From Octopus vulgaris (Eukaryota), in contig OX597820.1 in the NCBI GenBank assembly GCA_951406725.2, forward strand, positions 117,676,001-117,740,000: 64,000 nt of DNA. The letters are read 5' to 3'. Shown in pieces: positions 25,913 through 40,122 of this stretch. Numbering within the stretch: position 1 is the first letter of the stretch; each line of letters starts with the position of its first letter. Below the pieces are notes generated by a model. That model was given only the letters and a program-made list of their open reading frames with translations, was not told the origin of the DNA and made no database searches. The translations under genes were made by a program, and so were the position numbers.

Positions 25913-27767
25913 GTGTGGAAGAGTGAAAGACAAAAAAGAAAGAAGCGTTGACCTCATTCTTTGACCAGTTCTTTATTGTTTAAAGCTAAAAGATAAAACT
26001 ACCTCTATGCAGTTCAGAGAACTGAAAGCTGTCACAATTACCACAAGGTATTCCATCAGATTCTCTAAAATATTTCTGCTAATTTACCATTTTCTTATAG
26101 GTAAGAACAAACAAAATTAAATACATTATCAAAGTTTTCTTTTCTGAGAATTTTCCAAGTTTTATCTAATGAAATTAGATAAAACTTGTTTTCCTGACTA
26201 ATTATATATATATTTCTTTATCCTGGTTATTTTTGCTTATTATTTTTATTTTCATTTTCTAATTAGCTTTTTCTAATAATATAATTTCAGCTAATCTTTG
26301 AAGTAATTTAATTTAGCAAGTTGCAAGAACTTGCACTGAATCATTGATACAGAATTATTATCCTTGAACATTTCTAAGTTTGAACTTCTAAGAAATTACG
26401 AAAACCGCTGATTGGATTAGTTGCATTTCAGATTTAGAATTTAGAATTCTACTAATCTAGACTCAAAAATTTGTTGTCATTCATTTTGTGTTTTGTTTCG
26501 CTTTTTTTTTTTGTTTTTTTGTCCTTCATTGCTTCATCAGGAGGAAGTGAAAAGTCACTGACTTTCTTCTTAGGATCTCATGCTTCAGCAAAAATAAACC
26601 CATTTATCAGACATCTATTGTTTCTTCCTTTATCTTTTTCTCGTTTCAATCACTGGACTATGGCCATTCTGGGGCACCTCCTTCGAGAGTTTAGTCAAAC
26701 AAATCACACCCCAAAAGGGCAAAAGGCAAAGTCAAACTCAGCAAGAATTGAACTCAGAACTTAAGGAACTGGGAGAAATGCTACTAAGTATTTTAAAAAA
26801 CTTGTATACATCTCAATGCATGCTGCCTAAAAATGACATACAATGGAATGTGCCTATCAGCTGAGCCAGAGGCTAAAATTACAGCATTGAAAGTCAGCAG
26901 CCCATAGCTTTCCTTACTCAGCACTGGTTATAGGAAGTTTCACCATAAACATTTTTAACATAGAAAAATTCAGCATAAAAAAAAATAAAAAATAAATTAC
27001 AAAAAGACTGGCTTCCGTGCTGGTGGCACGTAAAAAGCACCATCCGATCGTGGCCGTTACCAGCCTCGCCTGGCCTCCGTGCCGATGGCACGTAAAAAGC
27101 ACCATCCGATCGTGGCCGTTTGCCAGTCTCATCTGGCACTTGTGCTGGTGGTACGTAAAAAGCACTCACTACACTCACGGAGTGGTTGGCATTAGGAAGG
27201 GCATCCAGCCGTAGAAACATTGCCAGATCAGACTGGGCCTGGTGCAGCCTTCTGGCTTCCCAGACCCCAGTTGAACCGTCCAACCCATGCTAGCATGGAA
27301 AGTGGACGCTAAACGATGATTATGATTATGATGATGATGATGATAATGATTAACTGCTTTCTTAAAATGGCAACTTCATCTGCTAAACCTACCAATTACA
27401 GAAAATTATTTTTTAAAAATGAGTTTTCTAGTTTACAGTCAGCTGTGTGCTTCCTTTATGTTGAAATTTCCTCTGACGAATTTTCCAAAGGGAAAAATAT
27501 TTTAAGGTGAATTTTCTGGACATGGCTTCATGCCATCATATTTACTCTAATTAAATGTTCTGTTCCCAGCAAACATTAACGAGACGTTTTCCAAGAGAGC
27601 CTCTCTTTGTTAATGATTTCTATGGAATATAAAAAAAATAATTCCCACTTTACAAGCTATTGATTAATGAGTGTTAATTAGAAATGAGAATTACTTGTCT
27701 GCATGAACACCCAGGTACAAACGAGCTGAGAGAAGAACTGGGCAGAAGAGGAATCAGGTGTAGTGTG

Positions 27768-27805
<38 letters not shown>

Positions 27806-28659
27806 GTGATGGTCTGAACATGTGGTGTGCATGGAGGATGAGTGCTATATAAGGAAGTATTGAGTACTGAGAAGACCCCTTTCGGTCACGAATAACCATG
27901 GGATTGCACCTAGAAAGTTACCCTCCCAAGCACAAGTCCGGGCAAGGTTGTTTATGGAAGATCAGCAGTCGCCAATGCATACCATCCTCCCCTCTCCATG
28001 CCACTAATGTTATCCAAGGGAAAGGCAAAGGGGCCGATACAGCTTGGCACCTGTGACGTCGCAACTCATTTCTACAGCTGAGTGAACTGAAGCAATGTGA
28101 AATAAAGAGTCTTGCTCAAGGACACAACACGCAGCCCGATCCAGGAATCGAACTTGCAACTTCACAATCGTAAGCTCAATGCTCTAACCACTGAGCCATG
28201 CACCTTCACTGAGTCCTACAAGTAAATGAAACCTGTTGAAAAGGGAGGTCAAAGAAGAGGAGATTGGCCTGATGGTGGACAAAGAACTGGACTGATTGGC
28301 AATATGTCATGCAGCAGAAAACCCAGTGATTTATAGTAAAATATGCCCTGGCACAAGAAGCTATTACATATATATATTGTAAGAAAGCAGTGAGCAGGCA
28401 GAAACATTAGCATGCCAGGTGAAATGCTAGGTGGTATTTTGTCTGTCTGAGTTCAAATTCCACCGAGGTCAACTTTGCCTTTCATCCTTTCGGGGGTCGA
28501 TAAATTAAGTACCAGTTGCGTACTGGGGTTGATCTAATCGACTGGCCCCCTCCCACAAAATTTCAGACCTTGTGCCTCGAGTAGAAAAGAATATATATAT
28601 ATATATATTGTAAGTTCCAAAATTTGAACAGAAACGCAACAAAGAAACAAACGAAAAAT

Positions 28660-30542
28660 TCACACACAGGACAGGATGTTGCTAATTCCTCATCAGTTAT
28701 CATCACCATTCCTCCAGATCTTTCCTTCTCTGAGGCGATTGCTCCCTCCTCAGTAGGGGTCTGCACTTCATCCAGCAACGAATTTCGGACACATGCCAAT
28801 ATCCACAGCTTCATGCACGGTATGAGGTTGTGTGTGCTTTTCCGCGACACTCCACCTGCATCTAATGAGGAGGACTGCTTCACCGACCATCTTAGTGGAC
28901 GCCAGCTCCTGGCCAGTTCCAAGCAGTCGATCTTTTTGCAGGCGCCTGCCAGCGCACTGTGGACCGGTTTAACTTTTCCAGGCATCACTATCATCTGAAC
29001 ATCTCCCCAGCCAAACTCTCGGCCCCTCAATGTCTCCGATGCCACACTGACATCATCATAAAACCGGCTGACAAGGGTGGAGCCATGGTAGTTTGGCGTG
29101 TGCGGACCTCTACAAGGCCGAAGCTCTCCGCCAACGACAAGACACCTCCTTCTACTGTCTTCTGCCCTCTGACCCTATGCCCAGCTACCAACAGACTGTG
29201 TCCTCCACTGTCCATTGACCTCATCTCCTCCTCCTGTCTCCCCCCATCACCTCCAATCTCATTGTCAGCACCCCTCGCACCCCCACAATTTACTTCCTCC
29301 CCAAAATCCACAAACTTAACAACCCTGGCCGCTCCATCGTCTCTGCTTGCAACTGCCCCACCGTACTCATCTCCAGATATCTTGACCGTGTCCTTGATCC
29401 CCTAGTGGCTTCCTTCCCCTCTCACATCCATGACAAACCACATGCTTTGTCTGTTCAACTCCTTCTCCTTCCCTCTTAGCCCCTCTAAACTTCTCTTCCC
29501 TCTCGAGATACAGAGCCTTTACACGGTGATCCCTCACCACAGGGGGCTGCGTGCACTCCAACATTTCCTTGACCTTCAACCCAACCCCCAACCCAACACA
29601 TCCACACTCGTTCATCTGGCCAAACTTGTCCTCTCACTCAACTGCTTCTTGTTCACAGGTGATTTCTACCAGTAGTTCTCAGGCGCGGCCATGGGAACGA
29701 GAATGGGCCCCAACTATGCGAACCTGTTCGTTGGCAATGTTGAAGCCCAAATATTCTCAAGTTTCACTAGTCCCCCTCTCCCAAACTGTCCAGCTGGTAT
29801 ATTGATGACTGTATCAGTGCAACCTCACTCTCCCACAAACATCTAGACTCCTTCCTCTCTTTTGTCAAATCTTTCCATCCTGCCCTCCAATTCTCCGGCA
29901 CTATCTCTGACACCTCTTTCTCCTTTCTTGACATATCAGTCAGCATTCATCACTCCACTCTCACCACCTCCATCCACTACAAACACACAGACTCACACTC
30001 ATACCATAACTTCTCCTCTTCCCACCCCAAACACACCAAGCTTTCCATCTCCTATTCCCAATTCCTCTGTCTACGCAGGCTCTGTAGAGACGACCATGAC
30101 TTTGAGACTCAGTCTCAACTCATGGCTCGCCACTTCATCCTATGTGGATATCCTCTCACCACTATCCACACCGCCCTTGCCAGAGCACATTCCATGGACC
30201 ATGCATCTGCTCTTTCCCCCCAAAACCGCCCTGCCATCTCCCGCCTCCCGTTTACCCTCACCTACCACCCCATCTCTCCAATGCACCATTCTCCAAGCTT
30301 TCCGGCAACTCCAGTCCAACCTCTCCACTTTGCACATCTTCCCTAACCGACCCCTCCCCTCCTTCAAACGAGCCCATTTGGTCCACAGCTTCTTCCCTAA
30401 CCCAACCTCCCAACCGGGCTCATTTCCCTCCTCCCACCCACGCTGCCAACTTGCCTTTACATCTCCAACACCACCCTCCTCACTAGCACCCATCATCAAC
30501 CCTATCACATCACTGACTCCTTCACCTGCACTTCTACCAATG
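28660..30542 (+). mobile_element. Penelope-like retroelement fossil (RT plus start of GIY-YIG), frameshifted
   Basis: IIKPADKGGAMVVW, YFLPKIHK, GAAMGTRMGPNYANLFVG, YIDDC, FTCTSTNV. A further GIY-YIG C-terminal piece lies at ~30830-30970. Confidence 0.85.
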
Positions 30543-31965
30543 TCATGCAGTGGGACTGAACCCAGAACCATGTGGTTGGGAAGCAAGGTACTTACCACAC
30601 ACTCATTCCTGCACCTACAGCCACTCAACGGGCTTCTTTTCAGTTTCCATCTATTAAATCCACTCACAAGGCTTTGGTCGGCCCAAGGCTATAACAGAAG
30701 ACACTTGCCCAAGTGGGAATGAACCCGCAAACATGTGGTTGGGAAGCAAGCTTCTTACCACACAGCCACGCCTATGCCATTATATATATATAAATAAACA
30801 TATATATATATATATGCTGTAGACTGCCACAAGGGATCCTTAGGGAAACTTAAGTTGAACATCCTATCAACACATCCCACCGATGCAATGTTGAGACAGG
30901 TCACAGAAGCTGTTTGTATACAAGAATACAAACCTACTCTTAGCCGAAAATCCGAATGGAGTAACATCCAGATCCCATTCAGGAGGACCATTCTATAACC
31001 ACCCGTCTCTCTCTCATTTACATGATGAGAGGGACAAACACACACCCACACATATATATATATGTGTGTGCGTCTATACAAACATATATGTGTGTATATA
31101 TACAACCTTCAACAAAGTAATAGTCATGTACACAACTTGGACGGACACATACCAGTACACGGACATACGTTCACATGCACATACACACACAGACGCGTCT
31201 GCCCATTCTACATACATACTCACATACATACATAGCACACGAGTACAAACATACATACATACATACCTACGTATGGGCATACATACGTACATACGCACGT
31301 ACATACATACATACCTACATACATACATACATACATACATACGTGCGCGTATACATACATACGCACAGGCATACATACGTGCATACACACATACATACAT
31401 ACATACATACATACACACATACATAAGTATATATATTTAACCTGAACTAACTAGATGTAAGGGAGAAAAAACAAACAAGCAACAGTAAAACAAAAGTTTT
31501 GTGATATAGAGATAAATGTCTGATTATAGGTTTTAGAGTTTTGTTTTAGGGGTGAGGGTCGTCGTAAATCACTTCCTAGTTTCGGCGGGGAAGGTTGAAA
31601 ATTTATATTATTGTGATGAGTGGTCAGTCTACATCTATCCATCACTACTGGTTTATAGCTTTAAGTTTATAGTGTGTATGTGCGTGCATACACACACACA
31701 TACTTACATATATACATACATACACACAGGCGTATGTACGTACATACATACATACATGCATGCATGCATACATGCGTGTATACATACATACACACATACA
31801 TACGTACATATATATGACAACCACGCTGCAATTATTTTCGTTCCAGCACACGTTATATATATATAAAGTTAATCCAAACAAGAAAACACAAAAAAACACA
31901 ACAACGCGAGGACGTGGGACAAATATAGTATTATTGGACGCTCAGGAAAGAAGGAAAGAAGGAGG

Positions 31966-32000
31966 GTTTAACGCTTCGAGCGGAGCTCTTCGTCGGAAAC
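31966..32000 (-). ncRNA. Degenerate minimal hammerhead-like motif
   Basis: GTTT CCGACGA AGAGC-TCC-GCTC GAAG CGT T AAAC. Confidence 0.45.
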
Positions 32001-32103
32001 ATAGGAGAAGGAAAGATCCAGAGAAGGGAAGACAGACGAAAAAAAATCGCCAACGGTACACACGAGGTCACATATATATATATATATACATACATACATA
32101 AAT

Positions 32104-32148
<45 letters not shown>

Positions 32149-32166
32149 TATATGTATATATATATA

Positions 32167-32200
<34 letters not shown>

Positions 32201-32248
32201 GTGAAAGAGAGAGAGAGAGAGAGAAACCTAAGTATATATGTATATATA

Positions 32249-33479
32249 CATAGACATGACAGAAGTAAATAGACACCCTTATAATCATTAAAATTTATTT
32301 TAATCTGAAATTATATATCTATTAATTATTGTAACGTGAACATTTACTATTTAGTAGACATGCCCTTTGCATTTTCCAATGCAAGGACCCTATTAGGCAT
32401 GTTATTGATCAGTTGATAAATATTCTTTTAGGGAATTTCTTGCCAAGTTTCATGCAGTAATCTCAAAAGACCTGGCTTTGAAGATGCTTTCTTGTTCTTT
32501 TTATGAAGTGTCCTGTCCATTATGTTCCAGAGGCGTTCAACAGGGTTTACATCTGGTGACTGACTTGGCCATGGAAGTTTTTTAATGCCATTCTCATCCA
32601 ACGAATCTTGGGTCATTTTAGCCATGTGACCAGGAGCCCATCTTCCATAAATAAAGAGTTTTCTTTAATCATTTTACCACTGGAGAAAGTTGGAAGGAGT
32701 CCTTTCAACAATATGGACACATATTTATCTGACTTTATGTTTCCATCACTATCCACCAGCTCCGACTGACCATTGCTCCAAATTGCTCCCCAGACCATCA
32801 CAGAATAGCTGTCTTGTTTCATTGTTGGTAGCAATCTTTTCACATCAAATTCTTGATCACAGAGTCTCCAGACCCACATTCGACCACTGTCAGAAAATAC
32901 AGCAAATCTGGACTCATCAGAGAATATGATAATATCCCAAAATGCTAGTGGTCACTCCATCATTGGCCCAATCTTTTCTGCACTTGATATTGACTGGCTG
33001 AAGAAGTGGCTTCCTTCTTGCTGTTTTGTCATAGTAGCCAATTTTATGGAGATACCCAAAAGCTGTTCTGGGACTGACATCAACTTGTTCTGCCATGTCA
33101 GAAGCCTTGCAATGACGAATATCTTCCACACTTCACTTAACAAAGCAAAGGGTCTTTCAGAGGGCCCTGATCAACCTGAACAGTATGATGTGGACTCCTT
33201 CTCCTCTCTGGTGAATTGTGCAATCACTCTATTAACTGTAGAAAGCAGGATCCCATGGTTTTCTGTGACTTTACGCTAAGTACTCCTTCAGATTGATCCA
33301 CAATGCGGCCTCTTTGAAATTTGGACAGTACCAAGGTTTGTTTTGTACATGGCATGATTAAACCGTCACATATAGAACCTGAAACATAAAAATGTCCATT
33401 AATAAAAAGATACAAACTTTTCAAGTTAAACATAAAACAATGTTTTATGGGGTGTCTATGTACTTCTGTCATGTCAGTG
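32249..33479 (-). mobile_element. Tc1-like transposon, full-length but pseudogenised
   Basis: TIRs GACATGACAGAAGTA.ATAGACACCC at both ends with TA flanks. Frameshifted transposase with ARRKPLL, SVMVWGAI, FMEDG and WPSQSPDVNPVERLW. Confidence 0.9.
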
Positions 33480-34775
33480 TATATCTAAATATACTTTGAC
33501 TGGCTTCCGTGCTGGTGGCACATAAAAAAACACCAACCGATTGTGGTCGTTGCCAGCCCCCTCTGGCCCCTGCATGTAAAAAGCACCCACTACACTTTCG
33601 GAGTGGTTGGCGTTAGGAAGGGCATCCAGCTGTAGAAATACTGCCAGATCAGATTGGAGCTTGGTGCAGCCTCCTGGTTTCCCAGACTCCAGTCAAACCG
33701 TCCAACCCATGCCAGCATGGAAAACGGACGTTAAACAACGATGATGATGATGATGTTGATGATGATGATCTGTCTGAAGATGTTTGCCTGTGCAACAAGA
33801 AGAGTTGGAAATCTTCTGGGGAAAAAAATCATTATTTGGGTCATTCCTCTTTCTCCAACAGAATATCTATTTTTAGAAGAAATCAATACAAAGTAGTCAT
33901 GAAGAGTTCAAATCCCACTGGGGTAGACTATTACTCCTTATCCACCCGGGAATCAATAAAACCAGTTCCAATCAAAGAGTGACATTTGATTCCATACACT
34001 ACATCTCTTAAAAATCAGCACTGTTAACCATTATCTTGTTTTGGGATTGAACTACGACCAAGCTGGGGCATAGACATGAAGGGTTTGGACAATCAAATTG
34101 ATCTTTAGACTTGTTTTTTTTAATTTTGGTACTTATTCTGTGGATTTCTCTTCCTGAAATGCAACTGCTAAGTTATGGGGACATAAATGAACCGACACTG
34201 GTTGTCAAGCAGTGGTGGGAGACACAGAAACAAAGAAACGCACCAACAATTTAAATGTGTGTTTGTGTGTGTGTGCGTGTAAATGTGACAGGCTTCCACA
34301 CAGTTTCCAACAAACAGCTTCACTAACCAAAGCATTGGTCAGCCAGGGGCTTTACTAAAAGACACTTCTCCAAGGTGCTGCCATGCACTGGGATTGAAAC
34401 CCCAAACCACATGGTTGTAAAGTCAGCTACTTTAGCCACACGGCCATCCTTTCACCTGTGCTAAGTGAAAAGAATAAAGCGATATCAATCATTGAACTGT
34501 GGCCATGCTGGGGCAACACCTTGAAGAGATTTTAGAAGAGATCAAATCAATCCTAAATTATATTTCCGTATGGTTCTTATATTTCTTTCAGTCATTTGAC
34601 TGCGGCCATGCTGGAGCACTGCCTTTTAGTCAAGCAAACCAATCCTACAATTCTTTGTAAGTCTAGTACTTATTCTATCAATCTCTTTTGCCGAACCACT
34701 AGGCTACAGGGATGTAAACACACCAACATTGGTTGTCAAGCGATGGTGGGGGGACAAACACAGACACACAAATAT

Positions 34776-34820
<45 letters not shown>

Positions 34821-34867
34821 TATTATTTACATTTGACGGATATTTGTCCTCATCCAGTTTGTTGTTA

Positions 34868-34911
34868 ACACAACGTTTCGGCTGATATGCCATCCAGCCT
34901 TCATCAGGTGT
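34868..34911 (-). ncRNA. Minimal type I hammerhead ribozyme with intact core
   Basis: ACAC CTGATGA AGGCTG-GATGGCATAT-CAGCC GAAAC GTT GTGT: canonical CUGAUGA and GAAA, stem I ACAC/GUGU, loop-less ACGU stem III. Lies just 3' of a Penelope GIY-YIG fragment. Confidence 0.75.
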
Positions 34912-35029
34912 CTTGAGGAAATTTCAATATTATCATCACTGCCTGGAATCAAACTCAGAATCTTGGGGTTAGTAGCCCGCGCTCTTAACCACTACGCCAT
35001 ATGCCCGTGGGCAATTATGGAGTGAATTT

Positions 35030-35410
35030 TAGGGCTTATAAATCTAATAGTTTCCTAGCCTTCCTTAATACCGGTTCCCTTATGCTACTCACATCTGCAC
35101 TCGGTCTGCTTGGGAGGTTGTTGTGTCCTAGCATATGCATTTCTTCTTTTAGTTTTTGTATTTTCCAGTGGTGTTCTCTGTCTATTATTTTCACTTCATC
35201 CCACAGGGGGAGGTCATTTCCATTTTTTTCCATACATGATCAGCTATACCTGATTTATCAATATCTCCTCGTGTCACAGCTTTGCGAAGTTCGTCTACTC
35301 TTATTTTGAGGGGACAGCATGTTTCGCCTTTGTATAACCTACCACAGCTGCATGGGATGGAGTACACACAGTCTTTGGTGATATTCTCTTCTGTTGGTGG
35401 TTTTACTCCT
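35030..35410 (-). mobile_element. Penelope-like GIY-YIG endonuclease 3' fragment
   Basis: CVYSIPCSCG...GETC and IADHVW...PLWDEVKIIDREHHWKIQKLKE. Confidence 0.75.
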
Positions 35411-35814
35411 TTTACTCAAAGGAGACCGAGTGCAGATATGAACAACATATGGGAACTGTGAAGCAGTGAAGGGCAAACTGCACCTCGTGGGGCTTTCTGA
35501 ATGGTACACTAATTAAAATCACGCCATTACTGGCATAAGGCTAACAATTTCCAGGGAGAGGGAAAGTCCATTATTACCCAGAGGGTTCAACTGACATTTA
35601 TTTTATCTATCTCGAAATGATGAAAGGTAAAGTCGATCTTGGCGGAATTTTGACGAAATTCAGGACGAAATTCCACTAAGCATTTTAGCCGCCTTGCTAA
35701 AAATTCTGCCCGCAGCCGCCCTCATAACACCAAACATTTATATTCCTGTCACCGTCAGGAAGATCGCCTCGATCGAGAACTAAGAAACGTTGGAGAGGGT
35801 CTCTGTCACGTATA

Positions 35815-36201
35815 TGGCTGGAAGCACTCCGTCGGTTACGACGATGAGGGTTCCGGTTGATCCGAATCAACGGAACAGCCTGCTCGTGAAATTAACGTGT
35901 AAGTGGCTGAGCACTCCACAGACACGTGTACCCTTAACGTAGTTCTCGGGGATATTCAGCGTGACACAGAGAGTGACAAGGCCGGCCCTTTGAAATACAG
36001 GTACAACAGAAACAGGAAGTAAGAGTGAGAGAAAGTTGTGGCGAAAGGGTACAGCAGGGATCACCACCATCCCCTGCCGGAGCCTCGTGGAGCTTAGGTG
36101 TTTCCGCTCAATAAACACTCACAACGCCCGGTCTGGGAATCGAAACCGCGATCCTATGACCGCGAGTCCGCTGCCCTAACCACTGGGCCATTGCGCCTCC
36201 A
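35815..36201 (-). mobile_element. Young tRNA-derived SINE (resembles the octopus OK/OR-type SINEs)
   Basis: Head GGAGGCGCAATGGCCCAGTGGTTAGGG...GGTTTCGATTCCC with A/B boxes. Flanking direct repeat CACGTATA. Older copies at ~4940-5260 and 62740-63005. Confidence 0.75.
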
Positions 36202-37792
36202 CCACGTATAAATACACTTAACAAAAATGTTGCGAGTCCTTGCGCCAAAAAGTGAACAACGTCCGATAATTTTGATTATACAGGCCAGTAAGAGTTCTCT
36301 CCCTTTTTCATTAGGTTGTGAGGAAAACGTTTCAGAACCTCATCCGATCTGCTAGTAATAGCAGCCGAACGTCCCTCGAATACCATCTTACCCTTTTCGA
36401 AAGATCAAAGATACATTAAAAATATATATTTCTAGATACTCTTTAAAATACAGGATGATGGTGATCATAACTGGGCTTTGCTTTCACCCAAAGGTCGGTT
36501 CCTTTTCAATAAACGTTGTCTTCCGTCAGTTCTGCTTGGTAAGGTCTACTTCACACTAATCTTTGATCCACCGGAGGATTTGAACCCGTCTCGGTTGGCT
36601 AACAAAACACTCTTCAACATTATAGTGCAGTAGAGATGAGCTGGCAGAGCTATTAGCATGCAGGACATAGTGCTAAATGGCATTGCGTTCGACTTCACAT
36701 CGAGTTCAAATTCCGCCAAGGTCGACTTTACCTTTTGTCCTTTCAGGGTTGATAAAATAAGTACCAGTTACGTACTGGTGTCAATGTAATCGACTTGGCC
36801 TATCCTCGAAATTGCTGGTCTTGTGCCATAATTTGAAACTAATTTATAATGCATTGGTTATTTACGGAGACAAAATTGGTTTAGTTTAACCTAAGTCAAT
36901 CCAGATCGATCAGATAGAAAGCGTTCCATCCGTGACTATTCCAATATTTTTTACAATATTGTGTACCTTTACTAACACTGGCCAATGGTCCACTTTCCAG
37001 AGGTAAGGTATAAATGGATAAAGAGGTGACAGTTTGATGGTGTCTATTCAAAGTCTATTCAAAGTTTGGTTAACTTAGCAATTCATATGGGATATATTCT
37101 AGAGGTATGTGTAACAGTTTTTGAGAAGCGGGCCGCATGAGACATGACTCATCATCAGGTGGGCCGCACTAACAAAATTCAAGCTAGTTTTTCGCCAGGG
37201 TTGCCATTCAAAAAATCCTACATGCGGCTCTCAAGCATATTTCTGGCGGCCCCTGACGGTCATCTCTCAATAAATATATTATAAAATTTTCTTTAATTGA
37301 TTTTGTTTTACTCCTTTGTGAGGGGGAGTGCGGCCCCTCAACAAAATCCAGGTTTGGATCGAACCAGGATATCAAAAAGATAAAGAACCACTGTATTAAA
37401 CACAAAGTAATTTCAACAGCGCATGCTCAGGAAAAAATAGTTTTCAATGCATTAAACCTTACAAGAAGCCCATCTTCACGTAAGGGAGCCGAGGTGGGTT
37501 TTTTTAGATACTTTTTTGGAATAAAGTACGTTTTATATACCCTTAACTACAGTAAGTGCATTTGTCATATATATATATATATATTTATATTAAGGGCATT
37601 ACTACACGTAAATGCCTCACGCTATGAGGGACTCTTAAAGTCAAAACTACCTGTATATATATATATATAACCAATCACATGGTTCCGGGTTCAGTCCCAC
37701 TGCGTGGCATCTTGGGCAAGTGTCTTCTGCTATAGCCCCGGGCCGACCAATGCCTTGTGAGTGGATTTGGTAGACGGAAACTGAAAGAAGTC

Positions 37793-37879
<87 letters not shown>

Positions 37880-38116
37880 TTGTGTTTGTCCCTCTAGCAT
37901 CGCTTGACAACCGATGCTGGTGTGTTTACGTCCCCGTCACTTAGCGGTTCGGCAAAAGAGACCGGTAGAATAAGTACTGGGCTTACAGAGAATAAGTACC
38001 AGGGTCGATTTGCTCGACAAATGACTGAAACAAGTAAAAGAGTAAAAGTATATATATACATATAGAGCTCATTGTAAAATCTCAATAAGAGATGAGAATA
38101 GTAACCATAGTAACAA

Positions 38117-38505
38117 GTAAGGTTAGTCGCCACATCAGTGTGGCTGTTCTATGTTATTTTTAATATAACCCCAGGCAGATCTTCCACTAGCTGGTTATCG
38201 GTGCAGCACTGCACTCTGTACATGTATATTGCAAGCAGGGGTGCGGACCCCTTCCATCCACCAGCTGAGGACTCTGGCCATCTCTTTAGCGAGCAGGTGT
38301 TTGCGACTGAGGATGAGCACGAAACCGAATCGGTCTCGCGATCCTGTCGTCTGCTGGCAGACGATAGCAATTCGCTCCCCTGCTGGCAAGATATATATGT
38401 ACAGGGTGCAGTGCTGCAGTTATAAGTAGCTGCTGGAAGATCTGCCTGGGGTTAAACGAGTAGTAACATGGAACAGCCACATTGATGTAACAATCAACTT
38501 TACTT
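38117..38505. mobile_element. Fold-back MITE-like element
   Basis: GTGGCTGTTC..CCCCAGGCAGATCTTCCA..GCAGCACTGCAC mirrored by GTGCAGTGCTGC..TGGAAGATCTGCCTGGGG..GAACAGCCAC. Confidence 0.75.
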
Positions 38506-38615
38506 GTATGTGTGTGTGTGTGTGTGCGAGAGAGGGAGAGAGAGAGAGTTGTCTAAGATACCATAAACCAGGGAGAAGATGCACTCGTATAACTGTCAGC
38601 AGAGTGGGTATATAA

Positions 38616-38879
38616 TCCGAATTTTATAGTATTAAGTATCCATCATAGCTGGTCTTACCAATCGGTTTCACGTAAAGAATACAATGGAGTGTTAGGTAGC
38701 AATCCCATTATATAACTCTGCGCTCATGAGAGATAGCCGTTATGGAAGGGAATATCAGCTGTCTCTGATGAGCGTAGAGTTATCTAATTGGATTGTTACT
38801 CAACATTCCATTGTGTTCTTTATGCGAAACTGATTGGTAAGATCAGCAGTGATGGATGCTTAATACAATAAAATTCGGA
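38616..38879. mobile_element. Fold-back MITE-like element
   Basis: TCCGAATTTTAT.GTATTAAG.ATCCATCA...TGATGGATGCTTAATAC.ATAAAATTCGGA with near-continuous arms. Confidence 0.75.
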
Positions 38880-40122
38880 GTGTGTGTGTGAATAGTGGCT
38901 TAGAAGACTGATGGGCGTGTCAGGATGATCACATGTAGGGAAAAGATACGTTGGTGGGGGGGACACTGAGCACCAAGGTGTAGACACAAATGCTTTTAAG
39001 GCTTTGCACACACACACACAATAAGGTTTCACCCAGTTTCCATTTACCAAATTTACTTCTAAGGCATTAGTCGGTAAAACAGAAATGCCATGCAGTGGGA
39101 TTGAACCCGAAACCCTGTGGTTGCTAGATGAACTTCTAAACCACATAGACATATGTGTAGTCATTTAAGTTCTTATATTTCTGTTTTGTATCAACTGCAG
39201 ACGAAAGATAAAACGACTCTGAATGCCAATGTCGGTGAGTTGAGTTCCATTACAAGATCAGTCTAAGGATATAATGGTGCCAACCTAAATATTGGTTTCA
39301 AAGTTTGACACAAGGTCGGCTATTGTGAGTATGGGGAGCTGATTACATCGATTTAATTTATCGACCAAGAAAGGATCAAGGACAAAGTCGAAAAAAATAC
39401 CTCTGAGCATTTTTACCGGCGCGGTAACGATTCTGCCAGCTCGCCACTTTATTGGAAAACTAAATACTATAAAGATAATCTGTTATCATTCGGTCTCTAA
39501 TGAATTAATTCTAGATACTTAGAGAAGGTTTATTACATAAATTCAGAAATAAAGATTCCTTAGAAATGCAGTTTTCAGAAAGTACGATATTAAATTAATA
39601 AATAAATAAATGGAAGTTGTTGCTCTTCAATTACTGTCGCAAACAGCAGTAGCATTTTTCAACTAAATACACGACGTTAATTGGCAAAAATTACCCAAAT
39701 ACGACAACTTTAACACGAAATTTTGTCAAAATGTTTAAAGTAAACCGTGTTCAGCGTGAGAAATTACACCAGTATACAAAATTTCAAACTGTTTAGTTAA
39801 AAAAATATTTTTTTAATCTGTGAGCGAAACTGAACAGATCCAAATGAATAAGGCACAAGCGTGGTTGTGTGGTAAGAAGCTTGCTTCCCAACCACATGGT
39901 TCCGGGTTCAGTCCCACAGTGTGACACATTGGGCAAGTGTCTTCTACCATAGCCTCAAGTTGGCCAAAACCTTGTGAGGGGATTTGGTAGATGGAAACTG
40001 AAAGAAGCCCATCATGTATGTGCGTGCGTGCCCACCACCACCATCGCTTGAAAACCGGTCCTGACGTGTTTGCATGCTCGTGACTTAGCGGTTCAGCAAA
40101 AGTGACCGATGGAACAAGTATC

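Noticed and set aside
31066-31440. His/Thr/Tyr-rich ORFs
   Set aside because: (ACAT)n microsatellite.
36130-36201. tRNA gene
   Set aside because: It is the tRNA-derived head of a SINE and continues into the SINE body.
38764-38830. Hammerhead at CTGATGAG
   Set aside because: No stem II/GAAA arrangement; the motif is one arm of a fold-back element.
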